Sequence record: MH533020.1
Direction: 5' to 3' (one strand)
DNA from: Acinetobacter phage ABPH49
Length of the DNA: 64,000 nt
A model generated the notes under the pieces. The model was not told the origin of the DNA. It saw nothing but the letters and a program-made list of their open reading frames with translations, and ran no database searches. This document shows positions 54,476 through 62,898 of the stretch, piece by piece. Each line of letters begins with the position of its first letter. Within the stretch, counting starts at the first letter, position 1. The position numbers were made by a program, and so were the translations under genes.

Positions 54476-54685
54476 ATGTTGAACCTTGACCAGTTGAAAG
54501 CAGCAATAAATAACGGGGAGCTTGAAACGGCTTACAAGGATTGCCGCCGGTACGGGGTGATAACCTCCAAAGAGGATCGCCAGTGGTTTGGCGACATTAT
54601 CACCACGGTTTGGATAAGTTATCTGGGTAGGCCCTTTAAATTCTCCTTGCGGTTAGGTGTGGTAACGGCGGCAACTCTTTATTAA
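54476..54685 (+). CDS. hypothetical small protein (69 aa) on the + strand inside the - strand block
   Basis: downstream of the 54417 promoter; weak RBS; part of track ORF 54443..54685. Confidence 0.3.
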   Translation: MLNLDQLKAAINNGELETAYKDCRRYGVITSKEDRQWFGDIITTVWISYLGRPFKFSLRLGVVTAATLY

Positions 54686-55019
54686 ATTGTGTTGACAACC
54701 CAGCGCAAGCTGGGTTATTCTGTTGTCAGCAGGAAACGCCACCCCACGGCGAAAAGGCGGGGCTAACGCAGCCGGGCACGGCGCGGAAGGTTAATCGCCG
54801 GTAGCTCGTCCAAAATTTCTTTTGTAAAGATTGAGAAAAAGCTTGATCGTGGGTGTGAGTGTGCTATTCTTATCACATGGCACCGGATGACGGGGAAGAC
54901 AAACACCACCCCTGCCTGTCATTCTGCAAACGAGAATGATTATCATTCAACATCCTAAATGAGAACCATTCTCATCCCGACCGGGAGAGATCTAGACCGA
55001 AAAACTGATTTACAAAAAC

Positions 55020-55235
55020 AGGATACCCTAGAAAAATTTTTCGCCCTCCCCTCTTCTGATATAATACGATCGGAAATTTAAAAAATCGATCGAGATCCTA
55101 AAAATTTTTCGCCCTGCCCTTCTGTAGATTACGAAACCGAAAATGAAAAACCGATCGAGTACCAGAAAATTTTTTCGCCCTCCCCTGCCCGGGGTATTTC
55201 GATCTCGATTTTGAAAAACCGATCGAGAACTCAAG
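55020..55235. repeat. three tandem direct repeats of about 65 bp (core AAAAATTTTTCGCCCTCCCCT ... AAAAA(T/C)CGATCGAGA); candidate iterons or origin
   Basis: read directly from the sequence; the first unit carries an extended -10 TGATATAAT; no credible ORF (only the spurious 55028..55234 ORF). Confidence 0.6.
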
Positions 55236-55379
55236 TTTTTTTTAATCCCACGAGGTTGGTAGGAGCGGGCCGATGGAGACCCTTCCGGTGGGTCAAGGTG
55301 TTGGGATACGTGGCGAAGTTATCCACACTTGGAGGTAAGTGGGTGGTAAGCTGTAGGTGGATGGAGGCCCTGAGTGGGT

Positions 55380-55470
55380 GATTACCGGCAACCGAGTGGC
55401 CGCCGGGATCTCAATTTGAATCTCGATTTGGATTTGATTTTGATTCAGGTTTTATAATATCCTGAAAAAT
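55380..55470. repeat. AT-rich tract with short GATTTG/GATTTTG direct repeats; candidate DNA-unwinding or origin element
   Basis: ATCTCAATTTGAATCTCGATTTGGATTTGATTTTGATTCAGG...TATAATATCC. Confidence 0.4.
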
Positions 55471-55471
55471 A

Positions 55472-56254
55472 TCAAATATCTCCAAATATCTTGTCGAGAT
55501 TGTACTGGTGGGACGGGTAAATCATCTGGAAAAGATCTCCCTCTTCTTTCGTAGGCTTCGTCCAGTCAACAAATATCTTCTTCACCTCTGCGATAGGGAT
55601 CGTTAAATATCCGCTATCACCGGGCAGCTGCATCCCGACCTTACCCTCTGTAAGGTTCAACACACATCCATTGCGGTAAACGTAGAAGCCGTGGCCGCAC
55701 CACACGGCACGAATACCCTGCACTGGGTCCATGATCTGATACTCACCACGCTTCAAGTCAGGGTACATGGTGCAACGCCTCAGGCCGAGCGACGTAATTA
55801 CCTCAACAAACAACGGGGCGACTTTATGTGCGGCTATGTGGGAATCAACAGTCATGGCGTATGGGAGGTTTCTAGTAAGTTCTTCCCTCATGTGGGTCAC
55901 CATAATCTTCAGCTGTTCCAGAGACAGCTCGTCAAGGTCTGGTTCCTCATGTAAGCCGCCTGACGCCTCTAGGGCACATACCACGTCATGGCGGAAGTCA
56001 TCCATCTTCTCGTAGACTTTGTCGTGGTACTCCATGAAGTCACTGAAGTCGGGGGCCGAAAGGCTGTTAAGCTCCTTCACCAATGGGTGCACGTCATCAA
56101 GATCATCAGCATTATCGAGATTGTTGGCAATCGTGGCAATCTCCGACATCAGGTCATCCGCACTCGGAGAGGCTGGAGTCTTGCAATTGTAATTGGCATA
56201 GTATTCGGTAACACCCAATACGTGATCCATAGTGATATGGTTTAGTGGCACAAA
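55472..56254 (-). CDS. hypothetical protein
   Basis: track ORF 55472..56383; the N-terminal 40 aa are low-complexity; GTG 56254 with SD AGGAGG preferred, ATG 56230 as alternative. Confidence 0.45.
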   Translation of the reverse strand, partial: FVPLNHITMDHVLGVTEYYANYNCKTPASPSADDLMSEIATIANNLDNADDLDDVHPLVKELNSLSAPDFSDFMEYHDKVYEKMDDFRHDVVCALEASGGLHEEPDLDELSLEQLKIMVTHMREELTRNLPYAMTVDSHIAAHKVAPLFVEVITSLGLRRCTMYPDLKRGEYQIMDPVQGIRAVWCGHGFYVYRNGCVLNLTEGKVGMQLPGDSGYLTIPIAEVKKIFVDWTKPTKEEGDLFQMIYPSHQYNLDKIFGDI

Positions 56255-56355
56255 ACCTCCTGTACGCCATTCTAAAGACGTTGATTGTTTACTGGTGTGG
56301 TTGGATGGGTTGGGGGTTGAAAGTTGAATAGCGGCCCGCAGGGGCCGCACAGAAG

Positions 56356-56658
56356 CTACAGCAGGTACGCCACCAACCAGCACCGGGTCTTCATGAACTC
56401 AAGGGTCCAATCAACCGCTTCGTTGAACTCCGCGACGTGCTCGGCGCTGGCGCTGATCCGAAGGATATTGAAGGTATTATCGTCAACATCCAGAGTCACG
56501 TGACTGTTGAAGTCCTGACTCTCAAATTCGGCAACCACCAAATCTTCCATCTCAGCGTTGTCCGACCAAACGTTTTCAGGGTCGGTGCTCTCGAATGCCA
56601 GCCGGGCGGTAGAGATTATCGACTTGATCCCGAGATCTTTTCTTTCGTGATGTTTCAT
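56356..56658 (-). CDS. hypothetical acidic protein
   Basis: ORF track 100 aa; RBS AGGGGAGA. Confidence 0.5.
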   Translation of the reverse strand: MKHHERKDLGIKSIISTARLAFESTDPENVWSDNAEMEDLVVAEFESQDFNSHVTLDVDDNTFNILRISASAEHVAEFNEAVDWTLEFMKTRCWLVAYLL

Positions 56659-56666
56659 GTTCTCCC

Positions 56667-56816
56667 CTATCGATGCAGGATGTATGCGAAGTACGCGCTG
56701 TTGCGGTTGGCCTTCACGCCATAATACGCCTCATGCCCGTAGCCAAACAGCCAGCCGGTGACGATCAGGATGTACTCCCACATCTTCCAGCGTGCTTTGA
56801 GTGCCAGCTTTTTCAT
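56667..56816 (-). CDS. small membrane protein (49 aa)
   Basis: hydrophobic WEYILIVTGWLFGYG; below the track cutoff. Confidence 0.35.
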   Translation of the reverse strand: MKKLALKARWKMWEYILIVTGWLFGYGHEAYYGVKANRNSAYFAYILHR

Positions 56817-56977
56817 TTCCCCTCCGGGTGGTTGATTGTCGTCAATGTCTCACCCAGAGTCCGGGCCAGCTGCTCACGGAGTTGTTGGGTGCCTTGGTAT
56901 TTCACGGCCGTGTCACGGAGCCTGTTTACAAGCTCCCGAAACACGTGCGGCTTTACGTGGGTCTTAGTCTCGTTCAT
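56813..56977 (-). CDS. hypothetical small protein (54 aa)
   Basis: ATGA coupling to the downstream gene; weak RBS. Confidence 0.3.
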   Translation of the reverse strand: MNETKTHVKPHVFRELVNRLRDTAVKYQGTQQLREQLARTLGETLTTINHPEGK

Positions 56978-57416
56978 CTTTCTTTGCCGGTGCGATGAAG
57001 TAGTTCTGACCCTGTTTCACTTGCACAAAGAAGCCACGGAACCACACGCTACCGTCCAGCATGTCTGTATTCATAGCCACATCGTACAGATCGAGGGTTT
57101 CACGGGATGGGCGCATGGTGGCCGTCAGAAGAGTGTCGAATGCACTCATTGAAAGCTCGTACATGTGGCCGTCTTTGTCTTCCAGATGGATGTTGGCTGC
57201 GCTACGCCCACGGCTGTAAGTGTTGTAACGGAGTTCCAGCTTCCGACTGATGTGCTGATCCACAATCTTGTGCGTCTGCGAAGGCATCCAGTGATATTTG
57301 TCCCGATCCTCCTCGATCCGGATGTCGCCTTCCCAGCCAGTATACCACTTGCCGTCTTTTTCCCCGCCATCGTAAACTACCGCAGGATACTTTCGTTTGT
57401 TCAGCTTTTTGTTCAT
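56964..57416 (-). CDS. hypothetical protein
   Basis: ORF track 150 aa. Confidence 0.5.
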   Translation of the reverse strand: MNKKLNKRKYPAVVYDGGEKDGKWYTGWEGDIRIEEDRDKYHWMPSQTHKIVDQHISRKLELRYNTYSRGRSAANIHLEDKDGHMYELSMSAFDTLLTATMRPSRETLDLYDVAMNTDMLDGSVWFRGFFVQVKQGQNYFIAPAKKDERD

Positions 57417-57505
57417 TTTACCTCCACAGCGTTATCAGTAGGTGGAGTGTACCACACACAACCACCAATGCAAGCCCTAATCTGATCATCCAAAATGAGA
57501 TCAGG

Positions 57506-57727
57506 TCACCCATGCGATCCTTTTCGATTTTTGGCCTCCTTTTGGTTTATTGCAATAAACCATGCCACTGTAAATGCTATGCACGTTATGGATCTGGCGA
57601 TCTTGTCATTCTCGACACCGAACAGGTGGTTCAACAACATGTGGGTGCCGACACCAAATGCAGCCAGTAAGGCTCCACACAGGGCCATCCAAAACATCAC
57701 GACCAGAAACTGTAAGAAAATCTTCAT
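57506..57727 (-). CDS. membrane protein
   Basis: internal ATG with RBS GAAGGAG; two TM segments. Confidence 0.45.
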   Translation of the reverse strand: MKIFLQFLVVMFWMALCGALLAAFGVGTHMLLNHLFGVENDKIARSITCIAFTVAWFIAINQKEAKNRKGSHG

Positions 57728-57924
57728 TTCTTTATGAACTCCTTCTCTATCATATTCCCCAACAAGTAGCAAGTGACAAATACAGCAGCTATTCCAACGA
57801 ACTTAATGAACATCCACAAGTTATTGTTTATTAGCCATGCGGCACTGATCATCAAAGCTGCAACGATCATGATCACAATGATAGCACACAACCCATAAAA
57901 CATACGCTTTAGAAAATTAGACAT
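57724..57924 (-). CDS. membrane protein
   Basis: internal ATG with RBS TGGAGG; two TM segments. Confidence 0.45.
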   Translation of the reverse strand: MSNFLKRMFYGLCAIIVIMIVAALMISAAWLINNNLWMFIKFVGIAAVFVTCYLLGNMIEKEFIKK

Positions 57925-58112
57925 GAAAACCTCCAACATTTAGTAAAGATCCGTTATAATTAGGAGATCAATAATGACGACCGGTTAGGGAGTTATTATT
58001 GATCGAATAATTATCATGAGCGACCAGCGGGAGCGAGTGTTCTTATGTTAATACTTGTGTTCCTTTTTAAGAACACCACTCCACGCCGATCTTGTAGCTG
58101 TTGACTACAACA

Positions 58113-58493
58113 TCATCTCTCGAGACGCTTGGTGAACTTCCTCACCGCGTTGTCAACCTCCTCATCATCGGTACCGGCCTGCCAGTGGATAACGAGAAGT
58201 GATCCCAACTCTATCATCTCTCGGTCCACGTCGTCAAACCTTTCCGTCAACATTTGGATCAGATCCTTCTCACTGTCCTGAACGTCGTCTGGATAGGTGA
58301 AACTGTTGAACTTGACATACGTGTCTTCGAATCCATCACTGAACTTCCGCTCAATTTGGAAACCTTTCCCGTTGGCCGTGATGTTGTACACGATGCTTGA
58401 CTCTTCCCCTGAGTCTGGGATATCCGTTACTGTGAAGATCCCGTACATCCCTGTACGAACGGCGATTGCTTCGCCAGATACGTTTCTTGCCAT
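58113..58493 (-). CDS. hypothetical protein
   Basis: ORF track 126 aa; RBS AAGGAGAG. Confidence 0.5.
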   Translation of the reverse strand: MARNVSGEAIAVRTGMYGIFTVTDIPDSGEESSIVYNITANGKGFQIERKFSDGFEDTYVKFNSFTYPDDVQDSEKDLIQMLTERFDDVDREMIELGSLLVIHWQAGTDDEEVDNAVRKFTKRLER

Positions 58494-58502
58494 GAACTCT
58501 CC

Positions 58503-60269
58503 TTACATGAACTCATCGAAGTAGATCACCTCGCCAAATGGCGCTATCCACGGTGCCCGTCGCCCACCCAGCTTGACCCACAAGGTTTGGTTGTACTTGT
58601 GGTACCAATCTTTCTCGTTGGCTGGAGAGTGGAACTCGCAGTCAGTGAAGATTATCAGCTGATCAACCCGCTCGTCAAGCGTGTCGAGGTAATTAAACAC
58701 GCAGAACACGTCAGTCCCCCACGAAGTCTCGATCTTGTAATCGTTGATCTCGAAGGCATTCTCTTTCGTGTACCGGCATACCTTGCCCACGTGCGTTGAC
58801 CAGCAGAACAATACCACCTCGAACTCGTCGAACTGGTTCATCAGTCCACCGATCTCATTTCGAACATGGCGGAGAAGGCCGTCGTTAAATGACCCTGACA
58901 CGTCGAAACCAATGAATACCTTGATGATCTTCTTGGTATCCTTGCCCGGCAACACGACCGACTGGTTCGGCTTAATGTACCCACCTGACCGCAGTGAGCG
59001 AGTCAATGACCACGACCGACGATGTGGACGGCGATACGACACGTTTTCCTTACGCAGAGACATCAGGGTCTTACGGATCATCTCCATGTAGTTGATACAG
59101 GCTTGTTGGCCGTCTTCCAACCACTCGCGGGCCTCTTTTGGTGCAGCTGCCCCAGCGTTAATGATCGCAACCTCGCATGTGCGACGCATAACCGCCTGAT
59201 TTTCTTTCATCTCCTCTTCGGAAATCTCAGGCTGCTTTGATGTGTCTACGCCCAGTGCACTTTGGATATCCCCGAGGGAAGTCTTTCCGTCATCATCCTC
59301 TTCACCTTCCTGATCGGAGGATCCCTTTCCGCCGACGCCGGATCCTTCTCCCTCTTCTTCACCCTCGCCCTCTTCAGGTTCGCCTTCCCCGTCGCCAGAA
59401 TCTGCTTCGCCTGAGCCTTCCAAATCCCCCTCGTCGTCCTCTTCTTCCTCGGTATCATCGTCTTCATCCGGGGAAGACCCGCCACCTTCTTCTTCTTCGG
59501 GTTCCTCAGGTGGTGGAGTGCCAGAATCATCCTCTTCTCCCTCCGGCTTGTTGCCGGATCCGTCTTCATTGAGGTGGACGTCGTGGGACTTGTCTGGAAC
59601 ATCCTCGCCAGACTCTACACGCTTGTAGATGTCTCGGTAAATGTCTTCAGTCGCCCAGTTCAGGTACTTGAAGTCTACGCAGCACAGGGACAACCATCCG
59701 AACTCTTCACCACGGACAAAGACAGTTTTCTCTGCATCAGGGAACCACGCCTTGCCGAGGGCATCAGTTTTACTGTGCTCGATTACCAGACTTGTGTTGA
59801 TGCCGTGATCCGCAGCGATGTTGAACTCATCATTGTTGAACTCTTTACCACGGAAGATGTGTTCGTTCAGTACGTGGCGCACCTCATGCTCCATGACAAA
59901 GACAACCTCGCGAGGGGTCTTCTCTTTGAACCAAACATCCAGCTCCTCCTTCAGCCGCTGCCGCTTAGCGAAGGACATACCCAGACTGTCGATGCGCTTG
60001 TGGACCATCTCACGGCGCTTCTCTGACATCCCGGCGATGAACTCGACGGAGTAGTAGAAGTTGCGACCATCAGTGGCGCAGGTACTTAACCACTCTGTGG
60101 CCTCAACAACCGGCATGGATGCGAGCATGGTGCCGTAGAACGGGCGAACACGCTGAAGCTGTATGGATGCCATCTCCAACAGGCGGGTCGCCTTCTCGGA
60201 GTTTATACGCGCCTCTGCAAGCTCTTCTTGGGTCATGTGTTTTGGTGCAGTTAACAACTCGATAGACAT
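58503..60269 (-). CDS. CobT-like VWA-domain protein with an N-terminal HExxH metallopeptidase-like motif and a central poly-acidic tract
   Basis: HEVRHVLNEH (HExxH), C-terminal MIDAS-like DVSGS, about 110-aa D/E/G-rich linker; start at the second ATG (MSIELLTAP) with RBS TGGAGGAAAGA. Confidence 0.7.
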   Translation of the reverse strand: MSIELLTAPKHMTQEELAEARINSEKATRLLEMASIQLQRVRPFYGTMLASMPVVEATEWLSTCATDGRNFYYSVEFIAGMSEKRREMVHKRIDSLGMSFAKRQRLKEELDVWFKEKTPREVVFVMEHEVRHVLNEHIFRGKEFNNDEFNIAADHGINTSLVIEHSKTDALGKAWFPDAEKTVFVRGEEFGWLSLCCVDFKYLNWATEDIYRDIYKRVESGEDVPDKSHDVHLNEDGSGNKPEGEEDDSGTPPPEEPEEEEGGGSSPDEDDDTEEEEDDEGDLEGSGEADSGDGEGEPEEGEGEEEGEGSGVGGKGSSDQEGEEDDDGKTSLGDIQSALGVDTSKQPEISEEEMKENQAVMRRTCEVAIINAGAAAPKEAREWLEDGQQACINYMEMIRKTLMSLRKENVSYRRPHRRSWSLTRSLRSGGYIKPNQSVVLPGKDTKKIIKVFIGFDVSGSFNDGLLRHVRNEIGGLMNQFDEFEVVLFCWSTHVGKVCRYTKENAFEINDYKIETSWGTDVFCVFNYLDTLDERVDQLIIFTDCEFHSPANEKDWYHKYNQTLWVKLGGRRAPWIAPFGEVIYFDEFM

Positions 60270-60343
60270 TCTTTCCTCCAAAAGAAAATGGGCCATCTGT
60301 TAAGATGACCCATTGTTTCATGTGTTGATTACGAAGTCAACAC

Positions 60344-61588
60344 CTATTTGAATGCACTCGCCATCGATGCATATCGCGCCATGTACATCGAGACGATATT
60401 CGACAGGTCTTTCACTTTTCGCAGCAAGCTGGTGATCAGGTTATCGCCACGCAGTGGGTTCATGTCCAGAATCGCCTCTTCCTCTTTGGCAACCTGACGC
60501 ATCAGCTTCATGGAGACAGCAATGATCGAGTCCTTGGCTTCATGGATGTGGTTTTTCATCATGAATTTCAGGAAGTTAGCTACACGACTCAGGAACTCGT
60601 CGTTGCTGTACTTGTCGATATTCATCACATCTTTCTTCAGCTGGCGCAGGCAGTAATACACCAACACGGACACCAGATCGATCTCGTTAGGTGCCAGTTT
60701 GTTTTTGTGCTCTGTTACCTTCCCGCTGAGTACGTCCTCGGCGTCTGGAAGCTTCTTAGACCGCACGTGGTGGTCCATCAGGGCAGTTACCATGTCTGAA
60801 CCAACCAGACCTTGAATAGCCACTTCTGCCAACTCACGGTCCAGCTCTCCGGCATCATAATCATCGAGAACATTGCCGCAGTCTACCAGTTGGCGAGGTG
60901 ACGAGAAGCATGGCCCTTCGAAGCCTTGTGTACCAACCAGATGGCCGGTATAGATTTTGTCCGGGTTTTTCTTGATGAAGGTTACGACGCTCTGGTGCAC
61001 GTTCTGAGGAACAGCGAAGTCCTCGATCCACACAGTTGCGTTATAATCAACCTCAACAATCATCATTCGGTTAACCAACGGACCCAACAGCTCGGTTGTT
61101 GCACCGTTGTCGCCCGGGCGGTTACCAGCACCGATAAAGACGGACTTCGGGAAGGTGAACTCGCCGATACGGTGATCCAGCATGATCTGGTATGCCGCCT
61201 GTTGACACGCCGGGCTGGCGTTTGTCAGCTCGTCAAGGAAGACGAATCCGCGCCAGTTTGGGTCGGTAGGCCAGAAGCTTGGCGTTGCGTACACGGTTCT
61301 GACGATAGTCTTTCCGTTCTCGACAACCTCAACTGGGATCTGCACACCGGCCAAGTCGGCAGGTTCTTTATCCGACAGGCGGATATCACAGACTGACCCC
61401 CACGACGTACCGATGTAATCTGGGAACATCTCCGCCGCGAGTTGGGCAATCTTTTGGGATTTACCAAGACCGGCACCGCCGAAGAAGAAGATCGCCTTGC
61501 CAGTTTTGGCACAGTGTTTGATCAGGGGTTCCATCTGGCGCATGGTTATGCGACGAGTGAAGATGTTTTGCTTTTTGTACTGAGCCAC
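60344..61588 (-). CDS. MoxR/CobS-like AAA+ ATPase
   Basis: Walker A FFFGGAGLGKS, Walker B VFLDEL; GTG start after RBS AAGAGGA; promoter TTGACA-17-TATCAT upstream. Confidence 0.75.
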   Translation of the reverse strand: MAQYKKQNIFTRRITMRQMEPLIKHCAKTGKAIFFFGGAGLGKSQKIAQLAAEMFPDYIGTSWGSVCDIRLSDKEPADLAGVQIPVEVVENGKTIVRTVYATPSFWPTDPNWRGFVFLDELTNASPACQQAAYQIMLDHRIGEFTFPKSVFIGAGNRPGDNGATTELLGPLVNRMMIVEVDYNATVWIEDFAVPQNVHQSVVTFIKKNPDKIYTGHLVGTQGFEGPCFSSPRQLVDCGNVLDDYDAGELDRELAEVAIQGLVGSDMVTALMDHHVRSKKLPDAEDVLSGKVTEHKNKLAPNEIDLVSVLVYYCLRQLKKDVMNIDKYSNDEFLSRVANFLKFMMKNHIHEAKDSIIAVSMKLMRQVAKEEEAILDMNPLRGDNLITSLLRKVKDLSNIVSMYMARYASMASAFK

Positions 61589-61618
61589 AATATTTCCTCT
61601 TTCATGTGAATGAGGCCC

Positions 61619-61647
61619 CATGATAAGGACCTTTTGACAGGATGTCA
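61619..61647 (-). promoter_or_regulatory. sigma70-like promoter (TTGACA-17-TATCAT) for the CobS/CobT-like operon
   Basis: reverse complement of 61619-61647. Confidence 0.45.
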
Positions 61648-61866
61648 AATTACTTTTTCGTACCCTTCTGCATAGAGGTCAGTGACAAACCATGCAACCA
61701 ACTTGACTCCACCTTCAGAGAATGGATCCAGTGCCGACGGGTATGGGGTAGCCATAGTTCCATCTCGCCTTTCAAACCAATTTGTCAGGGTTTTGTTTGC
61801 GAAGTCGAATCGGTAAGTATGTCCCGAGATTGGTTCGCGAAAAGTCAAGGTATCATCTTGATTCAT
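61645..61866 (-). CDS. hypothetical protein
   Basis: ORF track 73 aa. Confidence 0.45.
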   Translation of the reverse strand: MNQDDTLTFREPISGHTYRFDFANKTLTNWFERRDGTMATPYPSALDPFSEGGVKLVAWFVTDLYAEGYEKVI

Positions 61867-62062
61867 AGATGCTCTCCAAGTCTAACCACTGATCAAGACC
61901 AACAGCCTTTCCATCGGTCTTCCGGTATTTAGTAATCTTGCCAGTTGAGCACTGGACCGCACTGACCCAGTATTTCTGACCCCCGTCCCGCAGTTGCTCT
62001 GACCAACCCCACCCGAGGGTGTTGCTGATCTTGCCTCTGTGAGTGAATTCTTTCTTAGCCAT
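61853..62062 (-). CDS. hypothetical protein
   Basis: ORF track 69 aa. Confidence 0.45.
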   Translation of the reverse strand: MAKKEFTHRGKISNTLGWGWSEQLRDGGQKYWVSAVQCSTGKITKYRKTDGKAVGLDQWLDLESIYESR

Positions 62063-62116
62063 TATTTACCTCCAGAACAACCCCAACTCCGCCGCAAGTT
62101 TGGCATGGGCCAACCT

Positions 62117-62407
62117 TCATGTCCGATTCATCATAGAAGAATCCTTGGTGGCACCCATTTCCCCGGCAAACATGGGCTTTAGCTTTTTTCGTTGCCGGAT
62201 GATCCAGAATCCACTGTGACCACCTTTCCCAACCTCCTCGAGGTAACCTTTGGAGATCAGGCCTTCCGCCACCTTTCCGATTTTAACAGGTAACAGGCAG
62301 TCCCCGTCCCAATACTGGGTTTTTCGACGAGGACTGGCCTCTATCTCCCAGCCAAATACAACAGCAGCTTGGAGGAAACTTGCCTCGCGTTTGTTAATCT
62401 TGCTCAT
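62117..62407 (-). CDS. hypothetical protein
   Basis: internal ATG (MSKINKREASF...) overlapping the stop of the upstream HD gene; within track ORF 62117..62464. Confidence 0.4.
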   Translation of the reverse strand: MSKINKREASFLQAAVVFGWEIEASPRRKTQYWDGDCLLPVKIGKVAEGLISKGYLEEVGKGGHSGFWIIRQRKKLKPMFAGEMGATKDSSMMNRT

Positions 62408-62886
62408 CACTGACCCCCGTGAAGGATTTCGTGCAGCTGGCGGGCAGAGTCCAGACGAACCCACATCGCGTGGTATTTACGCATACGCAGCAGATCCTTG
62501 TCGGTAATGCCCTTCAGGCGGCGAATGTCGGTATTGTGGCGCAGGTCGGCCAGCTTAACCAGTGTTGCATTCGGGCTTTGCATCAGGCCATTGAGGTATT
62601 CCTCAGGCGTCTGACCTTCCTTCTTGGTCATGCGGTCGACAATGTCCACGACGGACTTGTCAAATCCGGCCTCGAGGAGGTATTCCAAAGTGACGTTGGT
62701 ATCTTCCACCAGATCGTGCATTACCGCAGCCGCTTTCACCAACGGGTCCTGCGACTTGACGTAGTGCATCACTTTCAAGCAGTGCAGGATGTATGGTTGA
62801 CCACCCTTGTCAAACTGGCCGTGGTGATGGGTAGCTGCCAGATAGATTGCTTTAGCCAGTTGTTCTTCTTTGCTCATCAGTTCCAT
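62407..62886 (-). CDS. HD-domain (p)ppGpp hydrolase-like protein (small alarmone hydrolase, MESH1/SpoT-hydrolase family)
   Basis: HHHGQ...(17)..MHDLVEDT..KLADLRHN motif series of the RelA/SpoT hydrolase domain; 159 aa, no synthetase domain. Confidence 0.7.
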   Translation of the reverse strand: MELMSKEEQLAKAIYLAATHHHGQFDKGGQPYILHCLKVMHYVKSQDPLVKAAAVMHDLVEDTNVTLEYLLEAGFDKSVVDIVDRMTKKEGQTPEEYLNGLMQSPNATLVKLADLRHNTDIRRLKGITDKDLLRMRKYHAMWVRLDSARQLHEILHGGQ

Positions 62887-62898
62887 TATCTTCTCCTA

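Noticed and set aside
55028-55234. 68-aa ORF on the - strand inside the tandem repeats
   Set aside because: It is made up of the repeat units themselves, low-complexity, with no RBS.
55020-55235. Possible CRISPR array
   Set aside because: Only three units, the units are not separated by unique spacers of constant length, and no cas genes are present. The tandem repeats are better explained as iterons or promoter repeats.
59237-59602. Pro/Arg-rich + strand ORFs opposite the CobT-like gene
   Set aside because: They are reverse-frame translation of the poly-acidic GAA/GAG-rich tract and not independent genes.
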